A model generated the notes under the pieces. That model was not told the origin of the DNA. It did no database searches and saw only the letters and a program-made list of their open reading frames with translations. Made by a program: the position numbers and the translations under genes. This document shows positions 11,794 through 22,932 of a DNA stretch of 64,000 nucleotides, one piece after another; positions within the stretch are counted from its first letter, which is position 1; each line of letters starts with the position of its first letter. The DNA is from a virus (lineage: Duplodnaviria; Caudoviricetes), in IMG/VR virus record IMGVR_UViG_3300013383_000014, positions 1 to 64,000 of that record. One strand, given 5' to 3'.

Positions 11794-12450
11794 TTAGAAC
11801 GGGAGATCCGAATCAGGATCCTCAAGGTCTGTTGCCATTGCAGAAACTACATCGGCAGTAGAAGTAGCCATGTTAGTAGGCTTTGCTGTAGCAGCATTCT
11901 CGATCTTCTTTACCTCCGAGCTAGTAAGAGTGAGATTATCACCAATAATACGTGTAGCAATACCGAGATTGCCATTGCGATCAATACGCGCAGTGAAAGA
12001 TGGCATATTGCAATAATTGTCTCTGCCAGGTATGAGCTTAATTTGGGTCTTCTTTCCAATATGAGGCTTAGTGTAGGTTACAATTGCATCAACAATTTGC
12101 TTAAAATTGCCGGTGAGCTTCTTTGTGCCAGCATTAATTTCTGCGGCAACTTCTGGACAGATCGCTTCAAGGATTTCCATTACAGTGATCTTAAAATGAT
12201 CAAGCGGAGATGCTGACTTACCCCACTGCATTTCCTGACGCTCTGCTGACTGAGGCTCGAAAAAGTTCTGCTGATATGGACCGTAGCCATCAATGTTTAC
12301 TTTGAGAACGAGAGTCTTAAAAGCATCACCAGTCTTCTGACTAGTTACATTTGCAAACTCTACACCCTCGAAAGTAGCATCTTTAATTCCTGGAGTCAAT
12401 CTAGAACCAGACTCTTTTGCATTTACTGCATCTGAAAAATCAAAATTCAT
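11794..12450 (-). CDS. single-stranded DNA-binding protein
   Basis: Acidic C-terminal tail DPDSDLPF; position in the replication block. Confidence 0.75.
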   Translation of the reverse strand: MNFDFSDAVNAKESGSRLTPGIKDATFEGVEFANVTSQKTGDAFKTLVLKVNIDGYGPYQQNFFEPQSAERQEMQWGKSASPLDHFKITVMEILEAICPEVAAEINAGTKKLTGNFKQIVDAIVTYTKPHIGKKTQIKLIPGRDNYCNMPSFTARIDRNGNLGIATRIIGDNLTLTSSEVKKIENAATAKPTNMATSTADVVSAMATDLEDPDSDLPF

Positions 12451-12469
12451 TTTTAAAAAATTTTAATAA

Positions 12470-12829
12470 TTATACTTTTGGGGTTAATTTGTAAAAGTCT
12501 TTAAACTTTTCCATTTTGAAAGAAGTACCATATTCGCGCAGAACTTTGTTCTGTTCACCCCGAAACGAAATAGTACCAGATTTTGTTAATTTATTTCCTT
12601 CATCAGAACCGAACCATTCAGCACGTCCAATAAGAGGAAATGTGGTTTCGCTATTAACTGTCCAATAATTAATTGCAATTTTATCTTTTGGTTTCACCGA
12701 AAGTGCTTTTATTGCATCTTTCGACAAAACCAAGTTGTTATCTCCTAGTTCTACAATTGCATCAGTCAGATCAATATCTGTTGGACTTTCTGTGTTAACT
12801 ACAATTATAGGAGAAATGTCGATATTCAT
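12470..12829 (-). CDS. hypothetical protein
   Basis: ORF track. Confidence 0.6.
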   Translation of the reverse strand: MNIDISPIIVVNTESPTDIDLTDAIVELGDNNLVLSKDAIKALSVKPKDKIAINYWTVNSETTFPLIGRAEWFGSDEGNKLTKSGTISFRGEQNKVLREYGTSFKMEKFKDFYKLTPKV

Positions 12830-13569
12830 TACTGTGCAAGACTAGGGTAGATTCTATCCCAATGTGGAACAAAAGAGCCATCTTCAGCCCGCTCAGCTAC
12901 AATAATATCTTTATTTGCAAGATGCTGTGGTCTAGCTCCTGTGAGAACTTCTCCATCAGTACCAAACTGTATGCAGAGATTGCTATCTTCGTCCCTATGT
13001 ACGAAACCGATTGCATCAGACTTTGCTGCGAGTATGCGAGAAACCTTTCCTGTAAGATCAAGTGTTTTAAGAGATCCGTTTGCATTTTCAGCAAGTGCTG
13101 CGTCCTTAACATGCCCGCATATAATAAGATTTGGAGCACAAGCCGCAATTTTATCAATTACCCTCTCGATTGCAGTTCTCCAAAAAGCATAACCAGATCC
13201 ATTTGGTAGCGATGCAGGATCTTTTACATTTGCATATTTCTCAGAAAACATTGGAGAATCTTGGTAGAGCTTTATCGCAAGTGGTTTTGCCATTTCTTCA
13301 ACGGCAGTAATCGTGTCAATCGTTATATATTTATAAGGATATCCAGCCTCTTTAATTGCAGCACAGATCTCGTTAAGGTCTTTAAGTGTATTAACCTTTA
13401 TTTTAAGAGCGGAGACGTAGTCAGAGCCGTTCTCAAAATCCAAAATTAGATTTCCTTCAAGTGTGGAGAGAATTGTTGTCTTTCCCACTTTCGGTAACCC
13501 AAAGAGTATCAGGTACTTAGGATCTTGTGTTGTTGCTGGAATTTTTGAAGTAGGTAGCGTAATAGCCAT
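12829..13569 (-). CDS. AAA_24/Sak4-like ATPase (recombination/annealing)
   Basis: FGLPKVGKTT Walker A, LDFENGS, ITIDT, LPNGSGY, ICGHVK. Confidence 0.85.
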   Translation of the reverse strand: MAITLPTSKIPATTQDPKYLILFGLPKVGKTTILSTLEGNLILDFENGSDYVSALKIKVNTLKDLNEICAAIKEAGYPYKYITIDTITAVEEMAKPLAIKLYQDSPMFSEKYANVKDPASLPNGSGYAFWRTAIERVIDKIAACAPNLIICGHVKDAALAENANGSLKTLDLTGKVSRILAAKSDAIGFVHRDEDSNLCIQFGTDGEVLTGARPQHLANKDIIVAERAEDGSFVPHWDRIYPSLAQ

Positions 13570-13571
13570 TA

Positions 13572-15812
13572 TTAAAAAGAATAATTTATTTCTTCCTTCA
13601 CCCCATTATCTGGAGTTGCATCTTTTATTTTATTTTTGGGAGAATTTTCTAATGACGTATATATAGAAAAATTAGTTATTGTTTTTGCAGGAGGGAGCTC
13701 TCTAAAAATTCCGAGTTCTCCGAAAAAGTTAACAGGAATTACTCTATCACTTACTCCTTGGCGATTTTTTATTATGTTTAGTGCTTTGTATCTATCCCTC
13801 AATCCTTTAAATCCACCTTGCAGAGGATTTTCTTCTACAATAATTGGGTAACCTAAGTGAGATTTTATTTTGAACTTGAGAGGGAAATAAACACCAATAC
13901 ATATTTCACAGTCATTAAAAGTATTTCCAGTATCTTTTAAATCTTCTGAACTACATTCCGTAAGTCCTGCCTTTCTTCTATCCATATCTGCAGAATTTCT
14001 ATTTTCCTGCTGAAGTATAACAAAAGAAACTTTGCATTTCTCACGCAACGTAACACAATATGATGAAATGAGATCCATTTCTGCTTTTTTTGTATGACCA
14101 TCAATTGGCATACAGAGCATTTGTTATCCAAAAAGTTTTTTATCTTTTTGTTCTTTATATTTCTATAAAGTTCAGCATATATTTTCACATAAGTGTTGGG
14201 CACTCGTGGTAATATTATATTCTATTTCTAGTTTCAACTACTATGCGTTACAGTGTTTAATTATATTATTAATTAAATTACCTCGATATTAGCATGAATA
14301 TAAAAATTGTCAAAAACAGATTTTTTACGTTTTAGATATATTGTTGCATCTTCATATATATATTTATAAAATTTATATATTTCATCTTTTTTACGTATAA
14401 AAAGTCTATACATATCAAAATGTCCGATACATTCTCCAGTGGGATTAGGAAGCATAATATTTTTTCTATGTTCACAATTTATTGTTGTAAAAATATTGTG
14501 GTTTTCTAAATGTTTTTGGATACTTTCCAAAATTTTTATTGTCGGAGAACATATATTTCCTTTTAAATAAGAGCAATGATTCTTAGGATTACATACAAAA
14601 ATTGTTCCATCCCCATCAAAATAACCTCGAATGAAATGTTGGATTAAATTTTCTGGTATTGGTGGAATTTCAAATTCTGTATTTGTTTTTCCGCGGATAA
14701 TACCTCATTTTTGTGCATTTTTACATGCAATCTTGGAAGAAATACGAATACAATATGCTCCTCTATTGTGATTCCCGATGGTTATATCTGGGGAAAAATA
14801 ATTTCGTATATCGGTTAATATATCTAAGTCGTTTATTGCTAGACTAAGTTGGGTTTTTGAACACAAGCAACCATCAGAAAGTCAAAAGCCTAAGATATAG
14901 GCCTCTGTTTCATTGGTGATATCTTCAAATTGCCAATTTAATTTTATACAATCTCTTCTATACTTTGCTCTAAATTCTGATGCACTCAATAACACTCCAG
15001 CTTCTTTTAATATTTTTTCAGTAGTTGTGTGGTACTTTTTATTAAGCTCTCGTGCAGATACTTCAGAAAGATATTCTTTGATAATTGTATTTTTAAATTC
15101 TGGAGTTTTCTTTGGTATAATTCCTTTTGATTTTGTCATATTATTTGAATTAGTAGACCAAAGTTAGTATATTTTTAACAATTTTCTAAATATTTTTAGC
15201 CTTTTTCGATTTTGCCCAATTTATTCTCGGCCTCTGACCGAGATGATCTACCACAACTTCTATAAGTTGTTCTGGATCGTTTGGTGTATAAACGGTTCTA
15301 TTACCACCATCTATTTCTGTAAATGTACCTCATTGTTCAAGAAGATTCATCAGCGTGTGATAGAATACTTTATTCGTTAATGTTTTGTCAAAAATGACTA
15401 ATTTTTCAGAAATAGAGTTAAGTCATTCTCTTCCTTTTAATACATACTCATAATCATCGTCAGACAAAATTTCTTGTCAAGACATTAATTTTGTATAAGG
15501 AATTATTTTTCCAAATTCTTCGTAAATATAAATACAAAGTAGTTTGGATAAAAGAAGTTCAGCAGAAAGTTCTAGACTATAATATACAAGTTTTATATTT
15601 TTATCCGGGTGGTCTTTTAGCGGTCTATATATATAACTATATAAAGCGAGTGCTGTTTTTCCGCTCCCAGAAGTTCCAAAAATAAGTGTATATATACCTT
15701 TTCTAACTCCTCCTGTATAACTATCTAGTTTTGGTATACCTGTACTAAGCCCTGTATTTTTTCCGGCTTTTCCAGAGTTAATCATATTATATAAAATATC
15801 TACACTATTCAT
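13572..15812 (-). CDS. dnaB: DnaB-like replicative helicase; exons 15812-15237 and 14117-13572, 373 aa after splicing
   Basis: GLSTG..KLD..GG, GTSGSGKT, YSLE, VVVDHLG|L, QQENR, DLKDTG, IIKNRQG; TGA-Trp in exon 1. Confidence 0.9.
14118..15236 (-). mobile_element. group I intron in dnaB (1119 nt)
   Basis: P1 UCUCGGU/GCCGAGA with U.G at the splice site; P1 loop CAGAG pairs with exon 2 CUCUG (P10); P3 UUGGGCA/UGCCCAA; P7 GCAUA/UAUGC; terminal G. Confidence 0.9.
14273..15139 (-). CDS. intron-encoded double-motif LAGLIDADG homing endonuclease (code 4, 288 aa)
   Basis: AYILGFW(TGA)LSDG and HFIRGYFDGDG; YL.RK near C-terminus. Confidence 0.9.
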
Positions 15813-16398
15813 CTAAAATACAAATATTATCAGCAGTTCCAACCATTTCTGGATTATCTCGTAGTTCTTTTAAGGCTTCCCATTGTCTCGATACGACAAA
15901 GTTTAAGATTCCAAAAGAAATTTTGCCGTTCTCTTTTGCTCAGTCAAGAATTTCCATAACTTCTCTGTGCTTTTCTGGATTGTTTCCAATCTGTGTTGCA
16001 TAAAAGCAAAAGAAATCATCAAGAGACGCAAAACGAGTAGCAATGTTTTTAAGACTAGTTAACTTTCCGTTAATATTCAACCAAGACGGATATTTTGTAA
16101 ATAATTCCTCTCCCATTGTACAACCACTTTTAAATCAACCTTTTAGAAAGTTTTTGTTAAATTCAACCTCGTTTGGGTTGTAAATTGTTGGATTGTACGA
16201 TTTTAATATAACACCCTTTTCCTGTAACGAGCTAAATAGGCTACGTAGTACCTCATTTCCTCCGTTGCGAAATCAGGTGTCAAAATACTCAGCTCCGTGT
16301 TCTTCATCACGTGCAAGTAAGGTAATATAAATCAAAAGCAACTCATCAGCAGATAAGTGATAAGTTGCCATCAATTTTAAAATTGTTTTTATTTCCAA
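15805..16398 (-). CDS. conserved hypothetical replication-block protein (code 4, TTG start, ~197 aa)
   Basis: Open only in code 4; fills the gap between SF2 helicase and DnaB; ELFTKYP segment. Confidence 0.65.
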
Positions 16399-16471
16399 GT
16401 TAAAATATGTTTATAGCCATATTTAACTCGACCGATGTTTATAACTGTTACGTATTCATCGTTTATTTTGG

Positions 16472-17695
16472 TTAAAATCTATAATTTTTTGTTTCTCCAA
16501 AATCTCTTTCACGAGATTCTATTTCCTCGTGATTCAAGACTTTTTGTAATTTTTCCTCAGAATCAATCGTGATATAACTAGTTGTGTTACTGTTGTTAAA
16601 TCACTTCACTTCCTGGGTGTTATTAATAACGAGATAAAACATTTCAGCAGTCTTGTTTGGAGAAAATCTACAAACTCGACCTTGACGTTGTGTTGCTCGT
16701 ATTTTAGAACTATCAACACCCATCTGTATTCCTACTGTAAGTCCTTGAATATCAGCGCCTTCATCGATCATGTGGCTAGTAGCAAGTCATCCAATTGTTG
16801 CATTATTAAAATCTGCAATTATTTTTTTATTTTCGCTAGCCTTTTGTTTGGAGTGCAAAACATTGCCTCTTTTTATCTGGCTAGCAAACTTAATTGTTGG
16901 ACAAAACATAACTCCTTTTGTGTCTTGTCTTGCATCAACAATCTTTCTACAAATTTCAATTTTCTTCGGATGATTCTCTATAAAAGCCTTTCTTGCGTGC
17001 AATGCCTTCATTCATTGTGCTGCCATCTGCAAAACAGTTTTTGGATCAGACCCAATCTGTTTCGCAAACTTATTGCGGTACTGTCATTCTTGCAAAGCTG
17101 CCATCGCACAGTTAAAATCGAAGCCAAAGAACGCAAAATAACTATTAAATTTCCTATCTAGTTCCTTATATTCTTTTAAATCAACATTCAGGAGAACTAA
17201 ATAATTTTTAACTGGAGAAACTCATCCATTTTGCGTTGCTTCATCAAGAGTGATTGTATCACAAACAGGTGCGTGCTGTTTAATAATTATCTCTTTTCCA
17301 TCAAGTCTTTCAAGTGTAGCAGTTAAACACAATACCATTTTGTAAGTTACTGATTTAAAAACACTTGCAAAACACGTTGACGAAAACCGATGCGCCTCAT
17401 CTAGTACTAAAAGATCACAATTATAATTATGTTTAACTATTGTATTAACAACAATAACGTCACAATTATTAATAAGACTGTATTTCTCTAATTCCGCAAT
17501 CCATTGATCTTTTAAGTACTGCGTAGGAACACTAACAATTATATATGCGTCTGGATTTTGTTTTAAAAGCAATGAAATTGCCATTATTGCAAGTCGGGTT
17601 TTACCTACTCCAGTTGCATAACATGCTGTGGCACAACAATTTGCAGCAACTCACTTTTTAATTCCGAGTTTTTGTCGTTCTGTTCTAGTAAGCAT
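16472..17695 (-). CDS. SF2 (DEAH/ResIII-like) helicase (code 4, 407 aa)
   Basis: ATGVGKT, DEAH, LTAT, DEGAD, QRQGRV; at least five TGA-Trp. Confidence 0.9.
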
Positions 17696-17696
17696 A

Positions 17697-19718
17697 TTAA
17701 TGTATCCAATGGTTGGAAACCTCTGCTTCAGCAGGTAATTCTAGTTTTTCACAAAAGAAAGAACCAGCTCTGCTCATGCAGTTTTCAAGTACAGAGGTCA
17801 TCTCTTCACTAATTTCTTCAGGAACTTCTATATTCCACTCATCATGTGCTGGTATGCACAATTTTACTTTAAAAAGTAGGTTATGCTCCAATATATATTG
17901 AAAGAGATATATTGATGCTAGCTTAAACATTGCTGCGCCCGTGCCTTGACATTTGTAATTGATGGCCTGCTTCTCGCAAGCAGATTTTCTTTTAAAATAA
18001 TGTCGAACTTCCTCTACAATTGTTGATTGTGGATGAAACTTTTTATATTCTTTATATGTATTCCAAAATTCTGCATTAAACTTTTTTTGTATTTCTTGCA
18101 GTTCGTCGAAATCGTATATAAAAGCTTTATGTCCGGATTTATCATTCAGCACGATATATCCATATTTCATCACAAAAGCGCGTTGCTTGTCTTGGTAGTT
18201 TTTAACACCTGGAAAACCCTTCATATAATTATCATATATTTCTTGGGCCTCACTTAATGGTATGTTCTTGTTGGACTTGATTGTATTTGCATCACCGCCG
18301 TAGTTAATTGCGAACTCCACCCCTTTCGCTTCTTGCCTCCATTTCTTGAATTTATGTTTTATTTCTTCTACGGGGCAATCACCTACTTTATCGGGGTATG
18401 TCATTTTGGCAACCAGACTATGCATATCTCCGCAACCCTTGTTAAAAAGGTCGAGCATCGCTTGATCATTAGAGACATCTGCAATAATCCTGCTTTCTTG
18501 TGCAGAATAATCACAACTAATCCATTTGTAACCAGGCTCAGAAATGAAGCAGGCTCTAGTTTCAGCATCACTGGGAAAATTCTGGAAATTAAGGTATTCT
18601 ACGTTATGTTCTTTATCTTTTCCCCCAGAGGATAGTCTACCGGTATCACAACCCAGTTGATTGAAATTAGTGTGTATTCGGTGTGTAACGGGATTTATTT
18701 GGTCTAGTACATTCTGCCCATAAGTTCCAACAAGTTTTTCATATCCTTTATATTTAATATATAATGGAGCTATATCAGATTTGTCTTTTTGGGATTCAAT
18801 AATATCAGCACCAACCGATTTTTTAGTTTCCTTTGTCTTTTTGTCGAAAGTTTCTAGATTAAAACCCAGCTCTTCAAAAAGAGGTATAACTTGTTTGGGA
18901 CTACCCCAATTAATAATGCAGTGCGGATTTTCATCAAACCCAGTAAAAAGGTCTCCCTGGAGTTCTTTATAAACATATTTGGATTCTGGGAAATGTTGTT
19001 CAACCCAACTATTTAACTCAGTTTTTGCTGTTTCAAAACCTTCTCGGTCTTTTTCCATTTTTCTTTTCCAAGCATCTTCATCAAGTTTCACTCCACAAAA
19101 CTCAGTGTACGCTAAAACTGGACAAAATTTATTCTCGTAGGCAAGTGCTTTTAAAAGACCTTTTTCCTTTAATTTAACAAGTTGTCCTTCCCGAATTTTT
19201 TCTAGATATTTAACATCGTGTGCTCCATATATAATAATATCGTCACTTAGAGTTTTCGACCAGATAATTTTGCCCCGGACACTCTTATCAAGTTCTACAT
19301 TACAATATTCGAGCCCGGCTGCTTTTAATCCCATGCTATGTTGCCCTGCAGGATAACCCAACCATTGCAATTTTTCTGCCAGATAACCATCATATATATT
19401 TGTTATAACAATTCCTTCTTTCAGGAAAAATTTCAGATCAAACTTTGCATTCCAAAATAAGAAAAGTATATCTTTTCTTTCAAGAAAATTTTTATATAAC
19501 TTTATGTCGACAGTTCTACAATCAACTACAATTTGGAAATCAAAACAACCAAACTGCGCTAAAAGGAGTTTTTTTGTGTGTACATCAATTCCTTCTGTTT
19601 CAGTATCTACACCAACAATTTTTAACGTATTTAACTTTTTTAAACTCTCCTCAACAGAAATAACTTCATAATTTTCATTATTAAACAACTGTTGATTTCC
19701 AGTAACTAAAAAAATCAT
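17697..19718 (-). CDS. polA: family A DNA polymerase with 3'-5' exonuclease
   Basis: VDTET, NAKFD, TGRLSS, DYSAQE.R, R..AK..FA.NYG, HDE. Confidence 0.95.
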   Translation of the reverse strand: MIFLVTGNQQLFNNENYEVISVEESLKKLNTLKIVGVDTETEGIDVHTKKLLLAQFGCFDFQIVVDCRTVDIKLYKNFLERKDILFLFWNAKFDLKFFLKEGIVITNIYDGYLAEKLQWLGYPAGQHSMGLKAAGLEYCNVELDKSVRGKIIWSKTLSDDIIIYGAHDVKYLEKIREGQLVKLKEKGLLKALAYENKFCPVLAYTEFCGVKLDEDAWKRKMEKDREGFETAKTELNSWVEQHFPESKYVYKELQGDLFTGFDENPHCIINWGSPKQVIPLFEELGFNLETFDKKTKETKKSVGADIIESQKDKSDIAPLYIKYKGYEKLVGTYGQNVLDQINPVTHRIHTNFNQLGCDTGRLSSGGKDKEHNVEYLNFQNFPSDAETRACFISEPGYKWISCDYSAQESRIIADVSNDQAMLDLFNKGCGDMHSLVAKMTYPDKVGDCPVEEIKHKFKKWRQEAKGVEFAINYGGDANTIKSNKNIPLSEAQEIYDNYMKGFPGVKNYQDKQRAFVMKYGYIVLNDKSGHKAFIYDFDELQEIQKKFNAEFWNTYKEYKKFHPQSTIVEEVRHYFKRKSACEKQAINYKCQGTGAAMFKLASIYLFQYILEHNLLFKVKLCIPAHDEWNIEVPEEISEEMTSVLENCMSRAGSFFCEKLELPAEAEVSNHWIH

Positions 19719-20563
19719 TACTTTTCAAACTTTAAAAGTTCAATTCCTTTATAATTGGCCACCTCTTCTATTTGTTTGGCAATTCCAGTCCACCTCTTAA
19801 TATGCCAATCTGTATCTTCAGAAAGCATTGGAAAAACTTTGTCTCGCATAAGTCTCAGAGTATCAGAGGAAAGACCAGAAATCTTTGGCAGTGGAGCAAG
19901 ATGAATAAGCGCCCTAAACTCACTATAAGAAAAACCTCTTGGATCAATTCTCAACTTTACTTCACTAGGCATTAAACAACGTTCCTTTACAACATCGAGC
20001 CATGGCCTTTTCTTTCCTTCATCATCTCTTTCAGAAAGTTCTTCTTTCTCAGGCTCAGTAAGTCAGATTCCTTTGGAAAGGATAAAATGCTGCGAAATCA
20101 TTTTTCTATTAATAACTTCAAGCTGGTCAAGACAAGCGGCGATAAGATCACCATAAGTCACACTCTCAAACTCCTGTGGTAAGTGATCAAACAGAGTAGA
20201 GACAGGATCAGAGTCAGTAAGATTGTTTTGCTTTTTGTACTCCCTAATAAGAGTAACAATTTGCATTGGAGTTTTAAGTGCTTCAATATTGCATTCATAT
20301 ATCAAGTATCTCTTGAATAATTCTGCATTGCATTGATTGATAAGGTATTGCATATTTATTTTAGTTTGATACTTTCCAGGCACGTACTTATCTTCGTTAT
20401 ATAGCATTTCATGCACATGCTTATATGCACGATTCAACTCCGTAGCATCCATATCCATCAACCGTATTTCCTCTCCGGACCTACGCTTTCATACGTACTG
20501 GTTAATATCTGTCTTAATTGCCTGTGCAATTGCACTTCCAAACTCTGTTGTGTTTTCTTTCAT
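19718..20563 (-). CDS. conserved hypothetical protein (code 4, 281 aa)
   Basis: Track fragments are in frame through two TGA. Confidence 0.75.
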
Positions 20564-20565
20564 AT

Positions 20566-20886
20566 CTAAAAACTATAATTTTTATCTTTTATATCTTTTG
20601 TTTTTATAAAATTCATAAAATAAAGTGCAGTGTACTTATATCGCTTAACTTGGTCTGTGTTTGCCTCCAAATATTCATCGCCAGCTTCGGCATATTCAAA
20701 AGTAACAAAACCTTCGTCCCCGATTGTTAAAGTACCTACATTTTGTCAATTCGGACATTGTGTAACAGTTATATACTTATACAAACTCTTATCATCTTCG
20801 TCCAAATTTTTAAAGACGTAATTAATATAAATTCCGTCTTGTTTAGCAACTAGTTTCCCGTGGATTGTTATCTTCTCCGCACTCAT
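20566..20886 (-). CDS. hypothetical protein (code 4, 106 aa)
   Basis: Open in code 4 (PNW(TGA)Q); ends KNYSF. Confidence 0.7.
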
Positions 20887-21073
20887 AAAGTTTGTCCATC
20901 ATTCTTCTAATTGTACACAAAGAACTATCTATCAATTCAAGATGCTCCTTAATCATCTTCTTGTAGATTTTAACGAGATCTTTTTGCTCTTTCTCAATTG
21001 GACATTCTTCTTCCTGCGTTTCAATTGCAATTTCTACAGTTGGCTGCTGCTCTTCAGATTCCTTATATTTCAT
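20843..21073 (-). CDS. hypothetical protein
   Basis: ORF track. Confidence 0.5.
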   Translation of the reverse strand: MKYKESEEQQPTVEIAIETQEEECPIEKEQKDLVKIYKKMIKEHLELIDSSLCTIRRMMDKLYECGEDNNPRETSC

Positions 21074-21437
21074 CTAGTGCAATTCTATAAACGGATTCAT
21101 GTAAATCGAGGTCGTAATTCAATTCGAGCAAATTATATAATCTAGATGTTAAATAAAATTCATACTTATCAATATAAATTTTCATTGTAAAATCATCTTC
21201 TGTGGTAAAATAACGAGTCATATCTTCCTCGCTAAATTGTATAAGACCTTCCTCAATTATATAATCTCCTTGCTCAAAAAGCCAGATATTATCGACAATT
21301 CCTTCGTCATAAATATCTAACTTATTCAAAAACAACTCGATCTTTCTATCTAAAATTAAATCATTGGGATTGTGGTGTTTTATATTCAAGTACCAATGAT
21401 TCCCAATTTTCTTAAAAATCAATCTTACAGATTTCAT
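21063..21437 (-). CDS. hypothetical protein
   Basis: ORF track. Confidence 0.6.
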   Translation of the reverse strand: MKSVRLIFKKIGNHWYLNIKHHNPNDLILDRKIELFLNKLDIYDEGIVDNIWLFEQGDYIIEEGLIQFSEEDMTRYFTTEDDFTMKIYIDKYEFYLTSRLYNLLELNYDLDLHESVYRIALDEI

Positions 21438-21870
21438 CTTCTGGTATATTCAAGCATTGTGCCGCGTGTACAGCTAACATATCTGCTAACTCGTTATATT
21501 CGTCACCATTGTGCCCCTTAACTCAAACAAAAGTCACATTGTGTCTAGGCAATTGTTCAAGTAATTCTCACCACAAATCAAGATTCTTTTTGGTAAAATC
21601 CTGATCATCAAATCACTTTTTTGCATGCCCATTAACAATCGAGTTAATAACATATTGGGAATCACAGTGAATTTCTAGTTCTGTTGGTTCCTTAAAATAT
21701 TTCAGAGTTTCTAAAACACCACGAATTTCGCATCTATTATTCGTGGTGTTTTTTAAACCCATATAAAGCTTTTTAAAGACTTTTCCGTCTTTTAGAATAA
21801 CAGAACTTCATCCACCCGCTTTTATCGAGTCCTGATACGAGCCATCACAGTAAACAACATATTTCTCCAT
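21412..21870 (-). CDS. rnhA: ribonuclease HI (code 4, 152 aa)
   Basis: YCDGS, GGW(TGA), TTNNRCE, DSQYV, KNLDLW, FVW(TGA)VKGH, NE.AD.LA; absent from the ORF track. Confidence 0.95.
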
Positions 21871-22241
21871 TAAAACTTAATCGGATAAGTCCAGTCGCAA
21901 GCCTCGTCTTCTAGTTCGAGACATCTCTGCGTACAGATTTTTCCCAATTGTGCCTTATTTTCGATATACATAACATCAATTGGATTGCTCTCTGCACGAG
22001 CAAGTGCAAGTTTCTTTCCAACTTCCTTATTAAAGACATCTTTTGTGGAGCATCTTGATACACCAAAAGAAAGAGTCTTTTTCTCGGAGTCGTAAATGGA
22101 GCAAATTGTTACTCTTGGCACACTCTTTTTCTTGCCAGTAGGATCACCAATTGCAGTAATAACTTCATTGTTGGCATCAAGCAACACTGGAACCATAGCA
22201 ACCTTGTACTCAGTTCCATAAAAATACCTAATCGATTTCAT
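21870..22241 (-). CDS. conserved phage protein
   Basis: G.SRCS.KD.F.K..G..LA..RA motif. Confidence 0.65.
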   Translation of the reverse strand: MKSIRYFYGTEYKVAMVPVLLDANNEVITAIGDPTGKKKSVPRVTICSIYDSEKKTLSFGVSRCSTKDVFNKEVGKKLALARAESNPIDVMYIENKAQLGKICTQRCLELEDEACDWTYPIKF

Positions 22242-22629
22242 TTTGTTTCTTTTTATAAATTAATAATAACCAAGTAATTGCGGCTAAAACAAATACTTCT
22301 ATAAACATACTAAGACAAACCATAACTCCCATTGCAGCACAAACCCAAACAAGGATTGCTGTAGTTAAGTTGTGAACATTTTTGTCCTTAAAGATCAAAC
22401 CGGCACCTACAAAAGATATTCCAGAAACAATCTGCGCAATAACGTGATAATCAATAACTCCATCACTGTTATATGCCGTATAGGTAAAAGCAAATGCACC
22501 TAACATAACAAGTGCAATTGATCTAAACCCAAGATCTTTTCCAGATGCTTCTCGTTGTATGCCAATTATATATGCTATAGCAAGTATATAAACAATTTTA
22601 ATCAGAAATAGTATCTGTAGGTCTATCAT
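22228..22629 (-). CDS. MgtC/SapB family membrane protein
   Basis: IG.QRE...K..G.R, AQIVSGISFVGAG.I, LTTA..W. Confidence 0.85.
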   Translation of the reverse strand: MIDLQILFLIKIVYILAIAYIIGIQREASGKDLGFRSIALVMLGAFAFTYTAYNSDGVIDYHVIAQIVSGISFVGAGLIFKDKNVHNLTTAILVWVCAAMGVMVCLSMFIEVFVLAAITWLLLIYKKKQNEID

Positions 22630-22930
22630 CTAACAAAATAACTTTTATATTGTCATACTTACCTTCGTAAGTAAACCCAACAATTGTTTTTTCTTTTATT
22701 TTGTCTCCTATGGTCAAGTAAGGACCAGCATCGAAATCAATTGCAACTATATCATGTGTATCAGGATCAGTTGTAATAAGCATATATTTATCCAGATCTG
22801 GACAACCAGGCCATTCTGTATAAACGGAATATGTTGCATTGTCTCCACTAACTTTTTCAAGCAGCAGTTTCTTTATTTGCCCGGTTCTAGCATGTCCTAA
22901 TGGTGCTAAGTTAATTATTTCCTCAAACAT
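22598..22930 (-). CDS. hypothetical protein
   Basis: ORF track. Confidence 0.55.
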   Translation of the reverse strand: MFEEIINLAPLGHARTGQIKKLLLEKVSGDNATYSVYTEWPGCPDLDKYMLITTDPDTHDIVAIDFDAGPYLTIGDKIKEKTIVGFTYEGKYDNIKVILLDDRPTDTISD

Positions 22931-22932
22931 AA

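Noticed and set aside
14118-15236. Intein in DnaB
   Set aside because: Stops separate the endonuclease from both exons, there are no Cys/His-Asn termini, and group I pairings are present
2725-21870. Mass pseudogenisation of replication genes
   Set aside because: The breaks examined are in-frame TGA at Trp positions, with no frameshifts
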